64,000 nucleotides of DNA from Antedon mediterranea (taxonomy: Eukaryota; Animalia; Echinodermata): the NCBI RefSeq assembly GCF_964355755.1, contig NC_092674.1, positions 10,044,001 through 10,108,000 on the forward strand. Reading direction: 5' to 3'. Positions within the stretch are counted from its first letter, which is position 1; every line of letters begins with the position of its first letter. The position numbers and the translations under genes were made by a program. Shown piece by piece: positions 47,310 through 61,952 of the stretch. The notes under the pieces are model-generated. The model saw only the letters and a program-made list of their open reading frames with translations, searched no databases and was not told the origin of the DNA.

Positions 47310-50300
47310 TGCTAACCCTAGCTCTAGTAGGCTAACTCTTCTTAAAAGATTAATCCACGTCTAGAGACGGTCAATTAATAGGTTGCATCTTTTTTTTTTA
47401 GAATTAAGGAGGGGTGGCTAGCCACCCTATTCACCCCCCCCCCCCCCACCCCCCTAGATCCGCCACTGGCTAATGGTCAGACCACTTCCATTTAAGAAAA
47501 ACAAATCTTTGAGAACTTTGGCTTGGAACCTTTGTTATTACCCATTTTTAAATATTTCGACTTTTGTTGACACACACATATGAATTCTATATTGTCTACA
47601 AAATTTATTTTTAAAATTCTGAAATGAATATGTAAAGCGAGAAGATCGTTTATGTGGTCCCTGCAGTCTTAATGAAACTCGCATCATTTTCCACAATTCA
47701 TAAGAACAGGTGTTTTTAGACACGATTCATTCAACTACTATATTCATTGACATTCTCAACCACACTTTTTATCAATTGAATTATCTGAATTTGCATTAAC
47801 TTTGATTTTTGTCCATGTAAACTTATAACTTATAAAATATAAAACTTTTCATCTTGCTTTATCCAGGCTTGATATGATCAATCATATCATAAATTTCTGC
47901 ACACATATTTCCATTTTACATTGTATTTGCACTGATCACCTAAACCCGTCCTGGTGATGAGTTCAAATCTAGTTCAGAATAGATTAGATAGTGGTACTTA
48001 CGCCATGATTGGTTTTTAGTTTGTTTAAATTAATCAAGATTGAACTTAGTACCCCGTAACTTGAAGGACTTGGAAGTATTGTCATGAATTATCATACTTT
48101 GTTTGCTTGGATTTTACAACAATGTATCAGTAGCTCCCTACAACTTCCTCTCTATTTATGATCAGTATGATCAGTGTGCAACCACTTGATGCCTTCAGTA
48201 CCAATTGCAATGAAAACCTTTGACCTTTTAAACATAAATTATTAAATTAATTAATTTAATTTAGTAGGCCTTATGCATGCATTCACTCCTGAAATATGAT
48301 TTAGGTTTATCACCAAAAATGTAAATCAATATTATGATATAATCACATACAGTAATTGATACCTCCAAATTATTTATCATTGTTTTACTACCAAATACAG
48401 AGCTTGAACTTGAACCTAGATAAACTATAGTTAATGGATGCTGGTTATAATTTTTAGGACAAAATTACTTTTAGCCAATAGCTTTCTTGTGGTATGATAT
48501 ATGCCAATCTTTGTAAACAAAACAGTCTGTGCTTTTCTTGCTAGTTGGGTTGCATATGTAGCTAGTTTGATTAGAAAGTTTTGCATTGTTTTCCTGGCTG
48601 ATAAAGTAAATTTCTAGGCCTGGTAAAAATTGTTTCTATGAACAGTGAAATTGTTTCATCTGTGTACCTATTTTGACTTTCAATGAACACTTGATATTTG
48701 ATTTTATACTCTCCCCTGACTCTTGACTACAAGGTACAGCCGAATTACTGATGTCATTGATTTCCAACAATGTTTATTAATAGGAAAGCAGTAAATAATC
48801 ACTGAAGCAGAAAAAGTAATTAATGCGAGTGCACCTTAAGAGTATTTCAAACAACACATCGTTCTCTCTTCCTGCCTCCAGAATTTTCAGAGTAGGTATT
48901 CAGATGAAATTCTATACTTGTTTTCCGATAATTATGACTCATAACGACCATCGCCCTCTCACTAAGATAAGATCGCTTGAATTAAACAGTTTTAATTAGA
49001 GAGCTTAGTTTGTTCTGTTTAACGAACATAAACAAATACATACAAGCATATATGCAATACAGGGTACAGGTAAGTAGCATAAATAGTAAAGGTAGTAATT
49101 ATTGTCCTTGAGCTGGAAACTTGAGGACAAATTCCGGTTATATCCTCTATGGACCCACAGCAGCTCTCAATGCAGCACCTACCAGTTCAGCACAACAGGA
49201 GACAAACCCCTACTCATTTTGAATAATGCAACGTTCTTTAACATGCAATCCATGTGACCAACAAATTTATATCCCATCAATGAAAGTAAAGCATCTTGCT
49301 TAAAGGATGCAATCAGCATGCTATAGCAGGGCTCGAATACTTTTTTTAAAGACACTTTTCCTACAAATTTAAAAATAATACATATACATTACTTTATACA
49401 TTAAATCAGGTTATTCCTTGTCTTAAATGTACATTCTATGGTTGCGGTGTATGCCTAGCCTAGCTAGCTATGCTTAGTTTTGTAGGCCAAGCTGGTAAAC
49501 AGTGGTAACGTACTAACATTGACATGTCTAGTTGCTGCATTAATTGTCTTTCTTTTTCTAGCAGAATCCAGTATTTTCACTGAAACGTTATGGTTCTTCC
49601 ATTCCTTTTGCTTTCACGATGGATCGAAAGTGCATAACAGAAGCAAAACAAACATATCAATCTATGCACAATGCATGCTGGGATTTATATTATTTATTTT
49701 TATCGTTTAAAGACGAAATAAATATCGCAATAAGCCCATATAATATTTGTATGAATTGAAGTTTGTAACCTTCAATTACATTGAATTAAAAAACATATGG
49801 AATGGGGCTTTAAAGGAATATCTATAATAATAAATCATATTTAAAGCATAAAGGGATCTGCTTGTAAGAACCACTTGATTGTCAGAGGTGTTCTCTTTTA
49901 ACACAAGACAACACATGCATCATCCGGAAAAGGATTACATTCCGTCTTCCGCAAAAACAAACAAAAGAATACTTTTCTATTAGTGTTTTCCTAAATGTAC
50001 ATCAGGCCCTTTTGTTCATACTTTATTGAGATATCATCTTCTCAAAATGATACAAAGAAAGCTATAAATGTACTTCTCTTTGATCATAATTATGATCTTG
50101 ATATGAACCTTTCACAGGGTGTCTAGAAAATGCAGAAATATGAATTGATTTTTTAGTTTTCCAAATTCATTCTGCTTTTTGAAAAATAAAAACCACTATC
50201 TGAAATTTCTAGTTTTCTTGACAGCATATCTACATGGGAGCGGATAATGAAAGTTTGTAATTATCCCATCTACAGTATGCTAGATGGCATGGAGAAACCA

Positions 50301-51173
50301 GCTTAAAATTTAGCCTATTTTCTCTGCTTTTGTGCTATTCCTGAACAATTCAATTTTGAATAGCACTGTGAAATAAGTTATTTAGGAACTTGCTAACTGT
50401 CAACTTGTATTATATGACAATGGCTTTAGCAAGATTTAGAGAAAAACTATTAGCTTCTGTAAAAATAATAGAAGCTTATTTTAAGATTACTCCTACATGG
50501 TCTGTCACACATTAGGCCTACTGGATGATTATCAGCAATAATAATAATTAAAAACTATTTTGGAACTATTTTGTCTGCTTTTATAAAAATGACTTATTTT
50601 AAGACTATATACACCTACATTTTCTGTCAGATAGTAACAGATGATGGTTTATTATCAGTAATAATGATTAAAACCGTCATTTTCGATATAAATGTTTTCC
50701 ATTTATTTACCAAATGGATTTTGTAGAACAAAGATATTTTCATGGTAACTCCGCATTTGCAATAATTGCTTACAACAATATTTTACGAGTAACTATAGTA
50801 ACTTGTATAGATATATCGACATTGATATCAGTCATTGATGTTTTTTGCATACAAAAGCTTTTAATGTATCCCAAGAGACAAAATCAGTATTATATGGAAT
50901 ACAATATCTTATCAAACTAATACGCTATTTAGATGATGATCGGGTGTGATGTAATCATTCTTGATTGGGAACGATTGCAATTCAGGTTACACTTTCAGTG
51001 ACGCTGGTTCATATCATTGTATTACAACAGCGTTTGTAGGTCACAAAATGAAATTGCATAAAACATGAAGGTTTTGCGAAAGCAGGTATCTTTGCTATTT
51101 ATTACTATATAAGCTAAATACATATCACCCATTTTGAGCCCTGGAAACATTATGTTTAGTTCGTTGGCAAGTA

Positions 51174-51260
51174 TTGTATTTGACCTCTGGTGGTTGTATT
51201 TGACCTCTAGTGGTTGTATTTGACCTCTAGTGGTTGTATTTGACCTCTGGTGGTTGTATT
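51174..51260. repeat. 20-bp minisatellite, 4 copies (TTGTATTTGACCTCTRGTGG)
   Basis: Read directly from the sequence. Confidence 0.92.
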
Positions 51261-53334
51261 ACTTGGTGAAGATAAGAAATACTATGCACTACTACTGTAG
51301 CCACGTCTGTATGACATTTTATACCAGATAAATGGATAATGTATTTCAAATGAGCTTTGCATTACACTTATGTTTATACACACTCTTTTCTTTATCGTAG
51401 TTACATTAGCTTGTTCTGAGTTCAATCGGAAACAATACATACATTAAACATCTGATATACTGATGTATATCATATACCAATGTATATCAGGTCATCTTCA
51501 GCGTGGATAGAATGTGAACACATTTAACTAAATTAGAGGAAATTGCAAAAAACTCACATTACAACTACCAGAACTGTTTTTATCATTTACAGAATTCTAG
51601 GTGATCCAGAATGTCATGACAAAATATACTTAAAGTTATGGGATGAGATGATTTTGTACTAAAATGATGTAAACTCCCCTTTAAATTTAATTCCATTGAA
51701 ACTTTGACTTCAATCATGAAGATCTTTTTCCATTAGATAACTAATATCTATCCAGCTACTTTTATATTAAAACATTAGTGATAATTAATGCCTGCATTTA
51801 AATAGTATTTCTTTCATTTACGTTTTACTGTAGGCAACATTGGCAATAAATTGCTTGGATGCAAACTAATTGATTAGACATTGAAGATAATTAATCATAG
51901 TTTTCAGGTAAAGGCAAGTCCCTCTGAACATGAGAATAAGCTGTGGAGCTCATTGTACTAAAGGGTCACCATTTCATTAGTTTCCACATTGCCATTCCTC
52001 CCTAGTATTTTCACCCATGTAGTCATTTACAGCTAATTAGACTAGGGTTTTTCTTTATTAACATTTTGAATTATCTTTGAAGTTACTGCAGTAAACTACT
52101 GCAACTTTATTTTAAAATGTATGTATCATCTATCTTTTTTATGCTCTAATGTTGCGTTTCTCTTGCTGTGGTACTATGTCAAGATAATGCATTCATCAGT
52201 GCAAATCATTAGGGAAATTCTTTTACGACTGATAAATAATTCTAAGCTACAAGCATTGGAATGAACTACATTTCTTGTTCAGAGGTATACAGTATTATTT
52301 TACATAGACAGAGTTTGGAAACTTGGTTTCTCAACTAATGTTTGAACTTTTTCACTGAAGAAATAATTTTACAAATGTTTTAAGCCATTTTAGTAATCCA
52401 TTTGACCAAAAATTGAATTTAATTGAATTTATTTATTTAATAATAAACTGTAATTTAAAGAAAAAAAACGGAAGGCCATCATTAAACAATAGGTTTCTAG
52501 AAGTTAAAACAATTTATTTTGTCTTTTTATAACTGAAATCTATGGCAAATCAACTTTATTTTTCATGTTTTGTTTTGTTTTAATCTTAAATCTTGCATAC
52601 AAATTTCAAATAAAAATCTTTTTAAACCAATTTCATTTCTGTTTTTTATTTCTTTTTTAATTCCTCTATATTGTTTACCATGGCCAAATAATAGGCATTC
52701 ATATTCTACATTGGTAACCTAACAAATTAAATACCTCAATACTCCTTATTTGAATAACATTCCATATAACAATAAACAGAGAATCAACTGATACAACAAT
52801 TATGCCGTTTTCAAGGCATGCAGTTATTAAGTATTAGGTAAGCTGGCCTTAGTTGAATATCTACCTGTATTGTTCTTGATGCTTATCAAGTTTCAATTGT
52901 CAACCAACTTTTTGTTTTTTTCCTCCTTCAATCTACTGGCAGTGGTAGCTTTGATTCAGTCAAATGGACTGATAGCTTTAGAAGGACAAACGTGTCCATT
53001 GTGACTATATGAAGGTTTGTTGCATGCATTTTCAGACATTACAGACAGTTTACCATTAATTTTAATACCTTTTTTACGGATTATCATCATTTTCTTGTCA
53101 ACAATGCCTCGGAAATACCCCCTTGCACCAGGATGTTTTATCAGTGTTACCTACAAAGAGGTTTGTATATCATTGATATAATATTATTGATACAACAGTT
53201 AGATAATCAAGTTCCCTGATGGATTAGAAGTTAACAACAGAATCATGTCTCTTTTCAGTAATTGTGTATTGTGAATTTCATAGTGGACCTCAATATTATG
53301 TGACTTTGGGATGATTCTAATTTTGTATTGATCA

Positions 53335-53545
53335 AATTTTAGCCTGTGCATGGATCTAGTTTAGGCTATGCTTAGGCTCTGAATGGACCGAACTTTAGGC
53401 TCTGAATGGACCTAATTTAGGCCCTGCATGGACCTGATTTTGACCCGACAGGGATCTAATTTTACGATGTGCATGGATCTAACTTTAGACCCTGCATGGA
53501 TCTATTTTACTGCATCTTTAGGCCCTGCATGGATCTATTTTAGGT
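53335..53545. repeat. Degenerate ~21-bp minisatellite (TTTAGGCCCTGCATGGATCTA)
   Basis: About 9 diverged units. Confidence 0.8.
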
Positions 53546-56500
53546 CATGCCTTAAACTGATCATTTCATCGTAACATTACATTCACTAGCGATAGATATA
53601 TTCTAGTTTTTTGTTTACCTATTAGTCAATTCAAATACCAAATTGTGCTGTTAGTGGAATATTATACCAACATGTTTATAAGTTACTTAAACATATTGTA
53701 TATTTGAAATTGTATAATAATTACATCATTATAGATATTTTGTTATTATAATATTTTATGACATATGATATTAAGCCTTTCAGTACAGCAACACAAAACT
53801 CAATTCAGGCATACATTATAAGATTAAACCTTGCAAATTACATAAACAGAGAATTTCGTCTTTTGGGTACACCAATAATGTTATGAATACTGTGTTATGA
53901 ATTTAGTTCAATTTATAATCTGAAATTTGATGCCTTAATTCGATTTGCAATGATATTGAATTAAATTCATATTTCAAAATGAAATATTTATTGAAAAAGG
54001 TGTCAATATTATAATGTTTTTTTTATGTTGTTTGTGGAAGCGTTGTACTTCACAATTTTTGCTTCTTCTGTCAAAGCAACGATCTGACATTTTTGGAAAA
54101 ATAATGGTCACAGTGCATTTTGGCCGCCAGTCATTTTGGCCGCCGGTAATATGAAACACTTAAATTCATGAAAAAGGACAAAATATGTCATGTTCATTTC
54201 GGCTGACAGGTATGGTGTGCCAACAGCCATAAATTATGTAGACATTTTTTTTCCAGAGTGAAACTAGCCTAAGCCTATCTAGGCAGCAGAAGACTTCGTT
54301 TAGTAATGAGCTAAGCCTAGTGTGTAGTGGGGAGTAAAAATACAATGTAACCTTTGATCTGCTGCATGCGTCAATCACTGACACCGAGGATTCCCCTTTT
54401 CTTTTATAACATGACGTATGTAAATAGCACTGCAGTTTTTTATTACTAATAATAAAATAATTTTTCTGTTTACTTTTAGTTTACAATTTTATCGAATACT
54501 GTAGAGCATGCTTATGCTGCTGCATGTGTGTCATGCGCTGATGAGGAGGAGTCTGGGTATTCCTCTTTTTTTATAACATGGCATTGTAAAGTATGACAGT
54601 TTTATTACTAATAATAAAATAAACAATAACAATAATTTTCTATTTGTGTACTAAAGATCAAAACTGTATGAGTTGATATTTCAGGGACATATACCCTGTA
54701 CAGACTCAATGAACAAACAATCCAATTTTAAAAGCATTTTGTAATTAAGTTGTATGATTTGTCACCTGATAATTTAGCAACGAGTTTGTTGTGATTTACG
54801 AGTTTGGATATAATGAAGCCTACATAGAATCCTAATGAAGCCTACATACTCACAAACTGATCATTATTGTCCATGAACTATTATCCATAAACCCATTAAA
54901 GCCCCATATCTTCTACATTTATCTTTCTAATGTTCGTTGCTGATATTAGCAAATCATGTTTATTGTAAGGTCTGTTAATCGATACATTTTAATAGTTTGT
55001 TTAACTGTTATTCATTTGAAGGAGATTCAGATTCTTCTTTTTGAACAGTGATTTTTTGTTTGAAAGTTTAGAATTTATGATATGCATGATTTGATTTAAT
55101 GTAATACCATGGATAATAATAATAATAATTTGCATTAAAATGTATCTTCATTAAAAAAAAAACTACTGTATTAAGATTTAAATATGTGCGTTTATCACAT
55201 GTTGATCAAAATCAGTGCCATGCCACAAGAAATAAAGTGGTGTGGTGATTGCAGGAAAAGAGAGCAATTGTCCTCTGTAAAAAAGGGATTAAGTTGCCTT
55301 ACCAACCCTACTATGGCCCAGTATACTGAATAATAATGATGAATGATAACCAACTCTTTCCAATCCCACTTTACAATTTTCACTACACCTCTGATAGGAT
55401 CAATTTATACCAAAATGTATTCTTTATTTGACAAAGTGGCATGAACATACTTTAGCAGTACAGAAAAGAAATTTTTTTTTTGTGTTGAAATTTCATTTCA
55501 TAATAAAAGTACAATATTTAAATATGGCCTAGTTTCTGTCATCACATGACACACTAAATTCCGTACATATTTATCTATGCGTACTTCTACACTATTTCAC
55601 CAGTTTTAACCTAACTATAGAGGGGGCTATCTCTATTGCCAATAAATAATAATAAATTGCTAGTCTGCACATGACATACAGACTTTCAAAAATGCAGAAA
55701 CCTATAAATATGATATAAACTATAAAAATATGTCTCTAAATGATTTATTAATCATAATTTGTAATACTGTAAATCATTTTTCATTAGACATATGACAAAC
55801 CTATTTTTTAGAAATGATTTGTGTTGAAAAAGTATTCTTTCTACGTTACATTTTCCTGAACCAACAAATACAATTTCTTTGACTTGAATTATTTATTAGG
55901 GCTTTACAATTACTGTACCTATTTGACATTATATACCAAACAAGAACATTTCACAATCTTGAATCATGAAATTTTGACTGAACAGGATTTTTTTTTAAAC
56001 TGAGATATTCAATTTTTAATTGTGAAACTAACAATTTTTTAATTTTTGTTTACAATAAATAAATACATAATGTATAAAAACCTTTTTGTTAATCTATGTA
56101 TTAAATTTTGATAGATCCAAATTATCAGGCAACATCATATCATTATTTAACACAACTACAAGTTGTTTTATTTTCAGCAAGGATGTGCTTAGAAGAGAAA
56201 AAAATTTTAATAAATTATAATATTTTTATTGGTATGTTTTCTTTGAGAATTCCTTTGAATTTGAAATGTAGGTCTACCTATAAGGCCTACTACAGAGAAT
56301 TATGTGACATCACCATGGCAACAAAGGTGTAACAATTTCCATTGTACATTTTAATGTACAACACACTCACGTTATCTTGATATGTTTCCATTGATTAATA
56401 AATATATTTTTATTGGCATTCCTTTATGATATCATATTATTTGTTGAATGTGTTTGTGGTGGGGCATTTCAAAACACAATTGGTTTAATTAGACCCTGGA

Positions 56501-56974
56501 GGTTATAAATCAAAGAAAGTAATTTGTTAAAAATGTTTTTACCCTAATAATTTTAGACCAGGTGTGACAAATATTCCAAAATGTTTGTCAGGTCAACAAG
56601 GTATGACTATTATATTTTATCAATGAAATCTTTATATTTAAACAATGCATTATAATTGCTAGTAAAGATCTACGACCTTTGTTTAAAATGTTATCATAAA
56701 AATATGTTGGAATGCAAATACTAATATTTGTATTTTGATTACCAAAAATTGTTGAGTGATATCCCAATTAATGTTCCTGTTTCGGCAATTAGAGATTGTT
56801 GGTCCCAGGTGTCAATTTGGCTAAATAATAGTTAGAACAACATTTTCGCACACATTTGAAATTATAACTATATTCATACATATGGCAAGTCCTGTATTCA
56901 TTTCTGAACATAGGATAATGAACTGTTAGGAGCTAATTTTACTATAAGCCTCTGCTTTCTGTGGTAGTATTTTC

Positions 56975-57075
56975 AAGCAGGTACTCATTTACGGCTGCTG
57001 AGTAGACTGGGAGTTGTCGGGAATTGAACCGAGGTCTCTCTGTATGACAGTCAAGTGTCTTATCCACTCGATTAC
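56975..57075 (-). mobile_element. Decayed tRNA-derived SINE fragment
   Basis: On the minus strand: GAGTGGATAAGACACTTGAC...CGGTTCAATTCCCG head followed by GTAAATGAGTACCTG. Confidence 0.5.
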
Positions 57076-58342
57076 AGAATTTAAAATGTCTGCCAACTGC
57101 ACAACGTAAAAATAATAACTAGAGATATCTCCATTAACAACCAATTTTATACCTTTTGATAAAGAGTTTTGTAATTAAAATTTGTTTATTTTTATTTTAT
57201 TTATGTATAGTTGAGTTGTGTTTATTTTAATTCTGAATCAGACTAATATTTTTTATTATTATTATTATTATTGTTATTGATAAAAACTAAACCAGAATGA
57301 ATAAAGTGAGCTTATTTTAATTGCTATGTAATTAATGTAGTGTTCAACATTTTCCACATTGTTGGTGATGAATACAAATAACGTTCATGCAAATGATAGC
57401 ATATCAGTTTAAAGCTCTGTAATCTTCACAATCCAGTTGCAAGTTGACAACAATATCAAATGTAATGTACATTAGCCATAAACGCCGCTTGGGATTATCG
57501 CATTATTAGTTTATTGCCGGTGAGTCCCCTGTTCTGTGTATCGGTATTTTAGATGGATAAGTCGATTTATGTAGTAATTTAGCTTATTTATGAGTTGTTG
57601 TTGACAGTATTGAAGATTTAATCATCTCTTTAACAACAGGCACTTTGCAGAGTCTCTCATTTGAAAAGTATAATCAATTGTTTATTTATTCTTTCTTGAC
57701 TGGATGGCATTTTAATGTTATCCTTTTGAAGATGAATTGTCGTTGTGGCTATGGTAAAGTGATGTAGTTGGCCATTGTTACCTAACCTAATTCTAGATTT
57801 TCATATGTTTCAATTTATAGAATAAAAATAAAATAATGCGGGTGTTATATTTACTGTCGATATTTATTACACCGAATGCGAAAGACTTAATAGGTTCTAT
57901 GTTTAGCTGCTATTTGTGGTAAGCTTCAGCACAAAATTCCATATAAAAGCATTTGCCTCTTCTGAAGTAGAGGCGTGCTAGACTGTCAAGTTTGGACTTT
58001 ATTGCTTTAGCTAACTGTCACTCATTTCAGTGATGTAAACTTTACATATTAGGGGTGGTAACATGATTCTTCACACATATCCTGTTACTGACAAAGGAAA
58101 TAAAAAATAACTGTCATATGACCATGTGTAAACAAACCCTCAAAATTGCAGAAGTAAATTAGGTTGCACTACAGTTGACAGAGGTCAGTGTAAAGTTCAA
58201 TCATGTGATGACCATTAGCAGCTGTCAGAGCAAAGATTAATTCAAGTGGTCATAAAGTGAATGACCATTTTATAGTCATAAGGTTAGGTAAATGTTGCAA
58301 TCTAGTTTTTTACAAAGAACACTTCCTTGCTGTACCTTCATT

Positions 58343-58362
58343 CATGGAGGTATACCTCCATG
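58343..58362. mobile_element. P-element-like 20-bp palindromic footprint
   Basis: Perfect palindrome CATGGAGGTATACCTCCATG flanked by the 7-bp direct repeat CTTCATT (58336-58342 and 58363-58369). Confidence 0.65.
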
Positions 58363-58467
58363 CTTCATTCATGTCGCACTGATAAAGTCATTTCTATGTG
58401 AATGATGTCTATCGTCAGTATTTTGACCTAACACATGTCTTTAAATTAACTAATGGTAACAGTAATA

Positions 58468-58685
58468 CAGGAAACTCTAATTTAAGGGGAATATACTGTA
58501 CAATTTGTGGTATCTGAGAAAATTGACTATTAGAATACCTCCTTTTTGGGGACACGTCCATTTAAGAGGGACACTTTCCTGAATGAACAATAGGCAAAAT
58601 ACTAATATAATGTTTTTACACAAAGGCCAACCCTTACGACAACCTATTAAAGAGTTCACATGTCCCCTTAATAGGGGTTTTACTG
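58468..58685. mobile_element. Tc1/mariner (pogo/Tigger-like) MITE, decayed
   Basis: TA-CAGGAAACTCTAATTTAAGGGGA ... TCCCCTTAATAGGGGTTTTACTG. Confidence 0.55.
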
Positions 58686-58993
58686 TTGATATGTCAAGTT
58701 ATAACAAATAGGTAATCTAATGTTTGGTGTCAGTGTAGCATATCAGAAATAAAATCCAAACTATAGAGGGCAGGATCAATAATTAAATTAATTATATGTG
58801 GAATTTCCTGTTAATGTCATTGAAATAAAAAATTGAAACAATACTATATACCAACTCTCACCCTTAATGCGCAAGTCTCACGCATGAGGGCCGATTTGTT
58901 ATGCCTCACGCATACGTAGCTATTTCCCACACATCCATAAAAAATATTCAGAAAAACACTATTTTGAAATTAATATATACAATTTTAATTTAA

Positions 58994-59618
58994 AGACACC
59001 TTCCCTACGTTTTTTAGATCTAATTTAAGATCACAAACTATATTTAATGTAAAAATAATACTATATGGTCCTATTGCGATAACTTTTTTTGTCTTTAATG
59101 GTTAAAAATGTGAAAAATAAGTCGATTCTAATAATTATAGCGGCCCGCTATAAATCCCAAAATGCATCGCGCGGATTGATATTTTTGTTTTTCTTCTGTA
59201 ATTCACCCACTTTTCGATCGATCGTGGGGCCAAAACAAATGAAAGACCCCTAACTTTTCAGCGAAAAATACTGGGTTTTCCCCAATTTGTATCACCGGAG
59301 TCTGGCAAAAATAGAAAGACAATTAATGCAGCAACTATACAACGTCAGGCTAGGTATTATAGCTAGCGTACGATGTTCGTACGTTACCGATGTTTACCAG
59401 CTAGGCCTACAAAACTAAGCCTAGCTAGGCTAGACCTAAAGACCGTCCACGAAAGGTCAGTCGCCGCGAGCTACTTAGGTAGTGCATTGTTTCTCACTTT
59501 TTATCATAATTTACCATAAAACCTACATTTAAGTCAAGGAATTACCTGGTTTAATGTTTTTAAAGTAATATATATGTATTATTTTTACAAAACGTCACAA
59601 ATTGTAGGGAAGGTGTCT
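58994..59618. mobile_element. Kolobok-like non-autonomous DNA transposon
   Basis: Perfect 15-bp TIRs AGACACCTTCCCTAC / GTAGGGAAGGTGTCT, TTAA on both sides, purine-purine 5' terminus. Confidence 0.85.
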
Positions 59619-59821
59619 TTAATTAATTTCTGATGCATTGGCCACTGAAAAAGTTGGCAGGTATACAATGCATTAGAGTTTTTAACTTTAAAAAAAATAC
59701 ATCTTATTCAACAGGCTATGAGAAGTTTACAACAAAAAAATAGGTCTACTGGGTAAATCCTCACAAAATTGCTGGCCAAGTAATGTTACGTTCAGTAAAC
59801 CATTGAATTACTTGTAGAAAA

Positions 59822-60633
59822 GGATGCAGGCCACTTCGGCCCTAAACTGTTTTGGCCAAAGTCAAGTCGGCCCCAAGTCAATTCAGAATTAATCAGAATA
59901 TTCTCGGATATTAGATAGATATTATTAGATCAATACAGTAAAATAAAAATGTTTATACAAGACATATACCGTATATTTCGGTGTATAAGTCACTTTTGAC
60001 ACGCAAATTTGACCTCTAAATTAAGGGTGCGTCTTATACATCGAACATAAGTGCCTCACCACACAGATTGTACATAATCGTCACCTTGTTGGCGCGGCTA
60101 GGCTAGGCCTAGGCCTGAATAGGCTAGGCCTATAGGCTAGCCACAGTGTACTAACATAACGGCAACCTGATTCTGCCTAGTTTTCAAGGCATTTTAGCGT
60201 AATGTTATACTAAATATGATAAAAAGATTTGTTCATTATAGAGCTGGTTTTGGCGCTTTACGATTGGAATGTATTTATTTATAGTTATACGCACGACCGC
60301 CGACCGCCGTACCCCTAGCCTAGCACAAGCCCTTCGGCGGCCACATGGTGTACGGTATTCGACTAGTATATTCTGCAGTTGATTATAGCATGGACCTAGC
60401 GTATACACTTCTCGGATACATAGATACTAATCGAATACGATTGTCCGTGAAAACGTGCGCCCTCTCGAAATGATCGAGCTAGGCTAGCCCACACACGTGC
60501 GTGTTACACACACGGTCATGCACTCGATGTTGCGGGTGCGAAACTCATGAATAACAAGTTAGAAAGAACTTGTTGAGGCTGGGCGCGACCGAGCTTTGGC
60601 CGAGACGGTTTAGGGCCGAGTTGGATCAAATTC
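59822..60633. mobile_element. MULE-like MITE with 8-9 bp TSD, containing a truncated pogo/Tigger-like end at ~59968
   Basis: ~60-bp imperfect TIRs built on cca(c/a)(t/c)tcggccctaaac; GTAGAAAA at 59814-59821 and 60634-60641. Confidence 0.6.
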
Positions 60634-60737
60634 GTAGAAAACTTGTGTGAATCGATTCAGATTTCATGGTATGTTTGCAATAACACAAATCACACTGAGG
60701 CAGAATCTCTAGGCCTTATATATAACAGGAACACATA

Positions 60738-61518
60738 CCGTAGTTCCTCGGGTATAATCCCACCTCGGGTATAATCCCACCCCCGACTTTACGATTACCT
60801 TCACACGCAAGCATATCCCCGGGCAAAGTCGTAGTGTATAATTTTACATTAGGCCAGAGGTGGGCCTAGGCCTACTGTAGCTAGCTAGGCCGACGTCAAT
60901 TTCTCACCAAAAAAATAGAGTGATTTCTCTGAATTTGGCTGACTTAAAACTCATCATAAACATTGTTAAGTTGAATACAACCTTAAGGCTAGCATGCCCC
61001 GATCGTCACGTTCTGTACATCCTTTCGCCGTCGTGTACATTCTTTCTTGTTGTTTACACTACTGTGCATGCTTGATTACCGTAAAAAAAACACCGCCCTC
61101 TATACCGACCAGCTTGTGCACAGTAGAGTTTGTGTCACATGCAACAACATGCGATTTACACAGAGAGCTCGAGCGTGTGAGTGAACATGGAGAACTCGTA
61201 TGATCGAGTTCATGTCGATTTAGGAAGCTAGGCCTAGATCACATTTTAGGGTATTTTTTAAGTAGAAATCTCGGGGAAAATCTATACGGTAGGCATAGCA
61301 CAGGTAAGACCAATTAGGCCGCCTAGGCCTAGATGGCCTGGCCGTCTAATTGCTAGGCCTACATCGGAATATAGCTTTTAGATAGCCTAAATCGTAGCTA
61401 GAAGAAATATCGTCATTTTCAGTTCATGCAGCGGGAAATCCCCGGGTATAGTCCCACCTCCCAAATTCGGGCAAATTTCACGTACAAGGGGGGTGGGATT
61501 ATACCCGGGGAACTACGG
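60738..61518. mobile_element. Tc1/mariner (pogo/Tigger-like) MITE
   Basis: 27-bp TIRs CCGTAGTTCC(T/C)CGGGTATAATCCCACC, TA TSD on both sides. Confidence 0.9.
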
Positions 61519-61952
61519 TACTTGTTTTAGAAAACCTATTGTGTAGTAGTAAAGTTTTAAATACTTGTTTTTAATTTAATGCATTCATATTTAACCTAAT
61601 TAAATATTCAAAGGACAAATTGATAATAAAAGTTTAATACTTGTCCGAAACCAGGATGTGTTAATGAAAAGATATTGAAATTCTTGAATTGGTTTGTCAA
61701 TGGATTAACGATTTAGATACTACTTTCACTAGATAATAAAGTTCTTAATAAGGACATGGCCATCATTAATAAATTTCAAGTATGGCCATTGGACCGTGAC
61801 GGTTTTTTTTTACACAATGTGTAGTTCGTTATTTTTAGTTCATATTAATTCCATTATTGTTGACTACACCTTTTCAAGGAAACATTATGTGGATTGGTAT
61901 ATTAATAAATTTGTAGCTTTTGACATCAGGTAACAGAAAAACATCCTTCTCT

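Larger units (their letters stand above)
45681..47468. mobile_element. Non-autonomous hAT-like element with 5-bp TSD, carrying a SINE and a LINE fragment
   Basis: TIRs CAGTGGCGGATCTAGG / CCTAGATCCGCCACTG; GCTAA directly flanks both ends (45676-45680 and 47469-47473). Confidence 0.85.
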
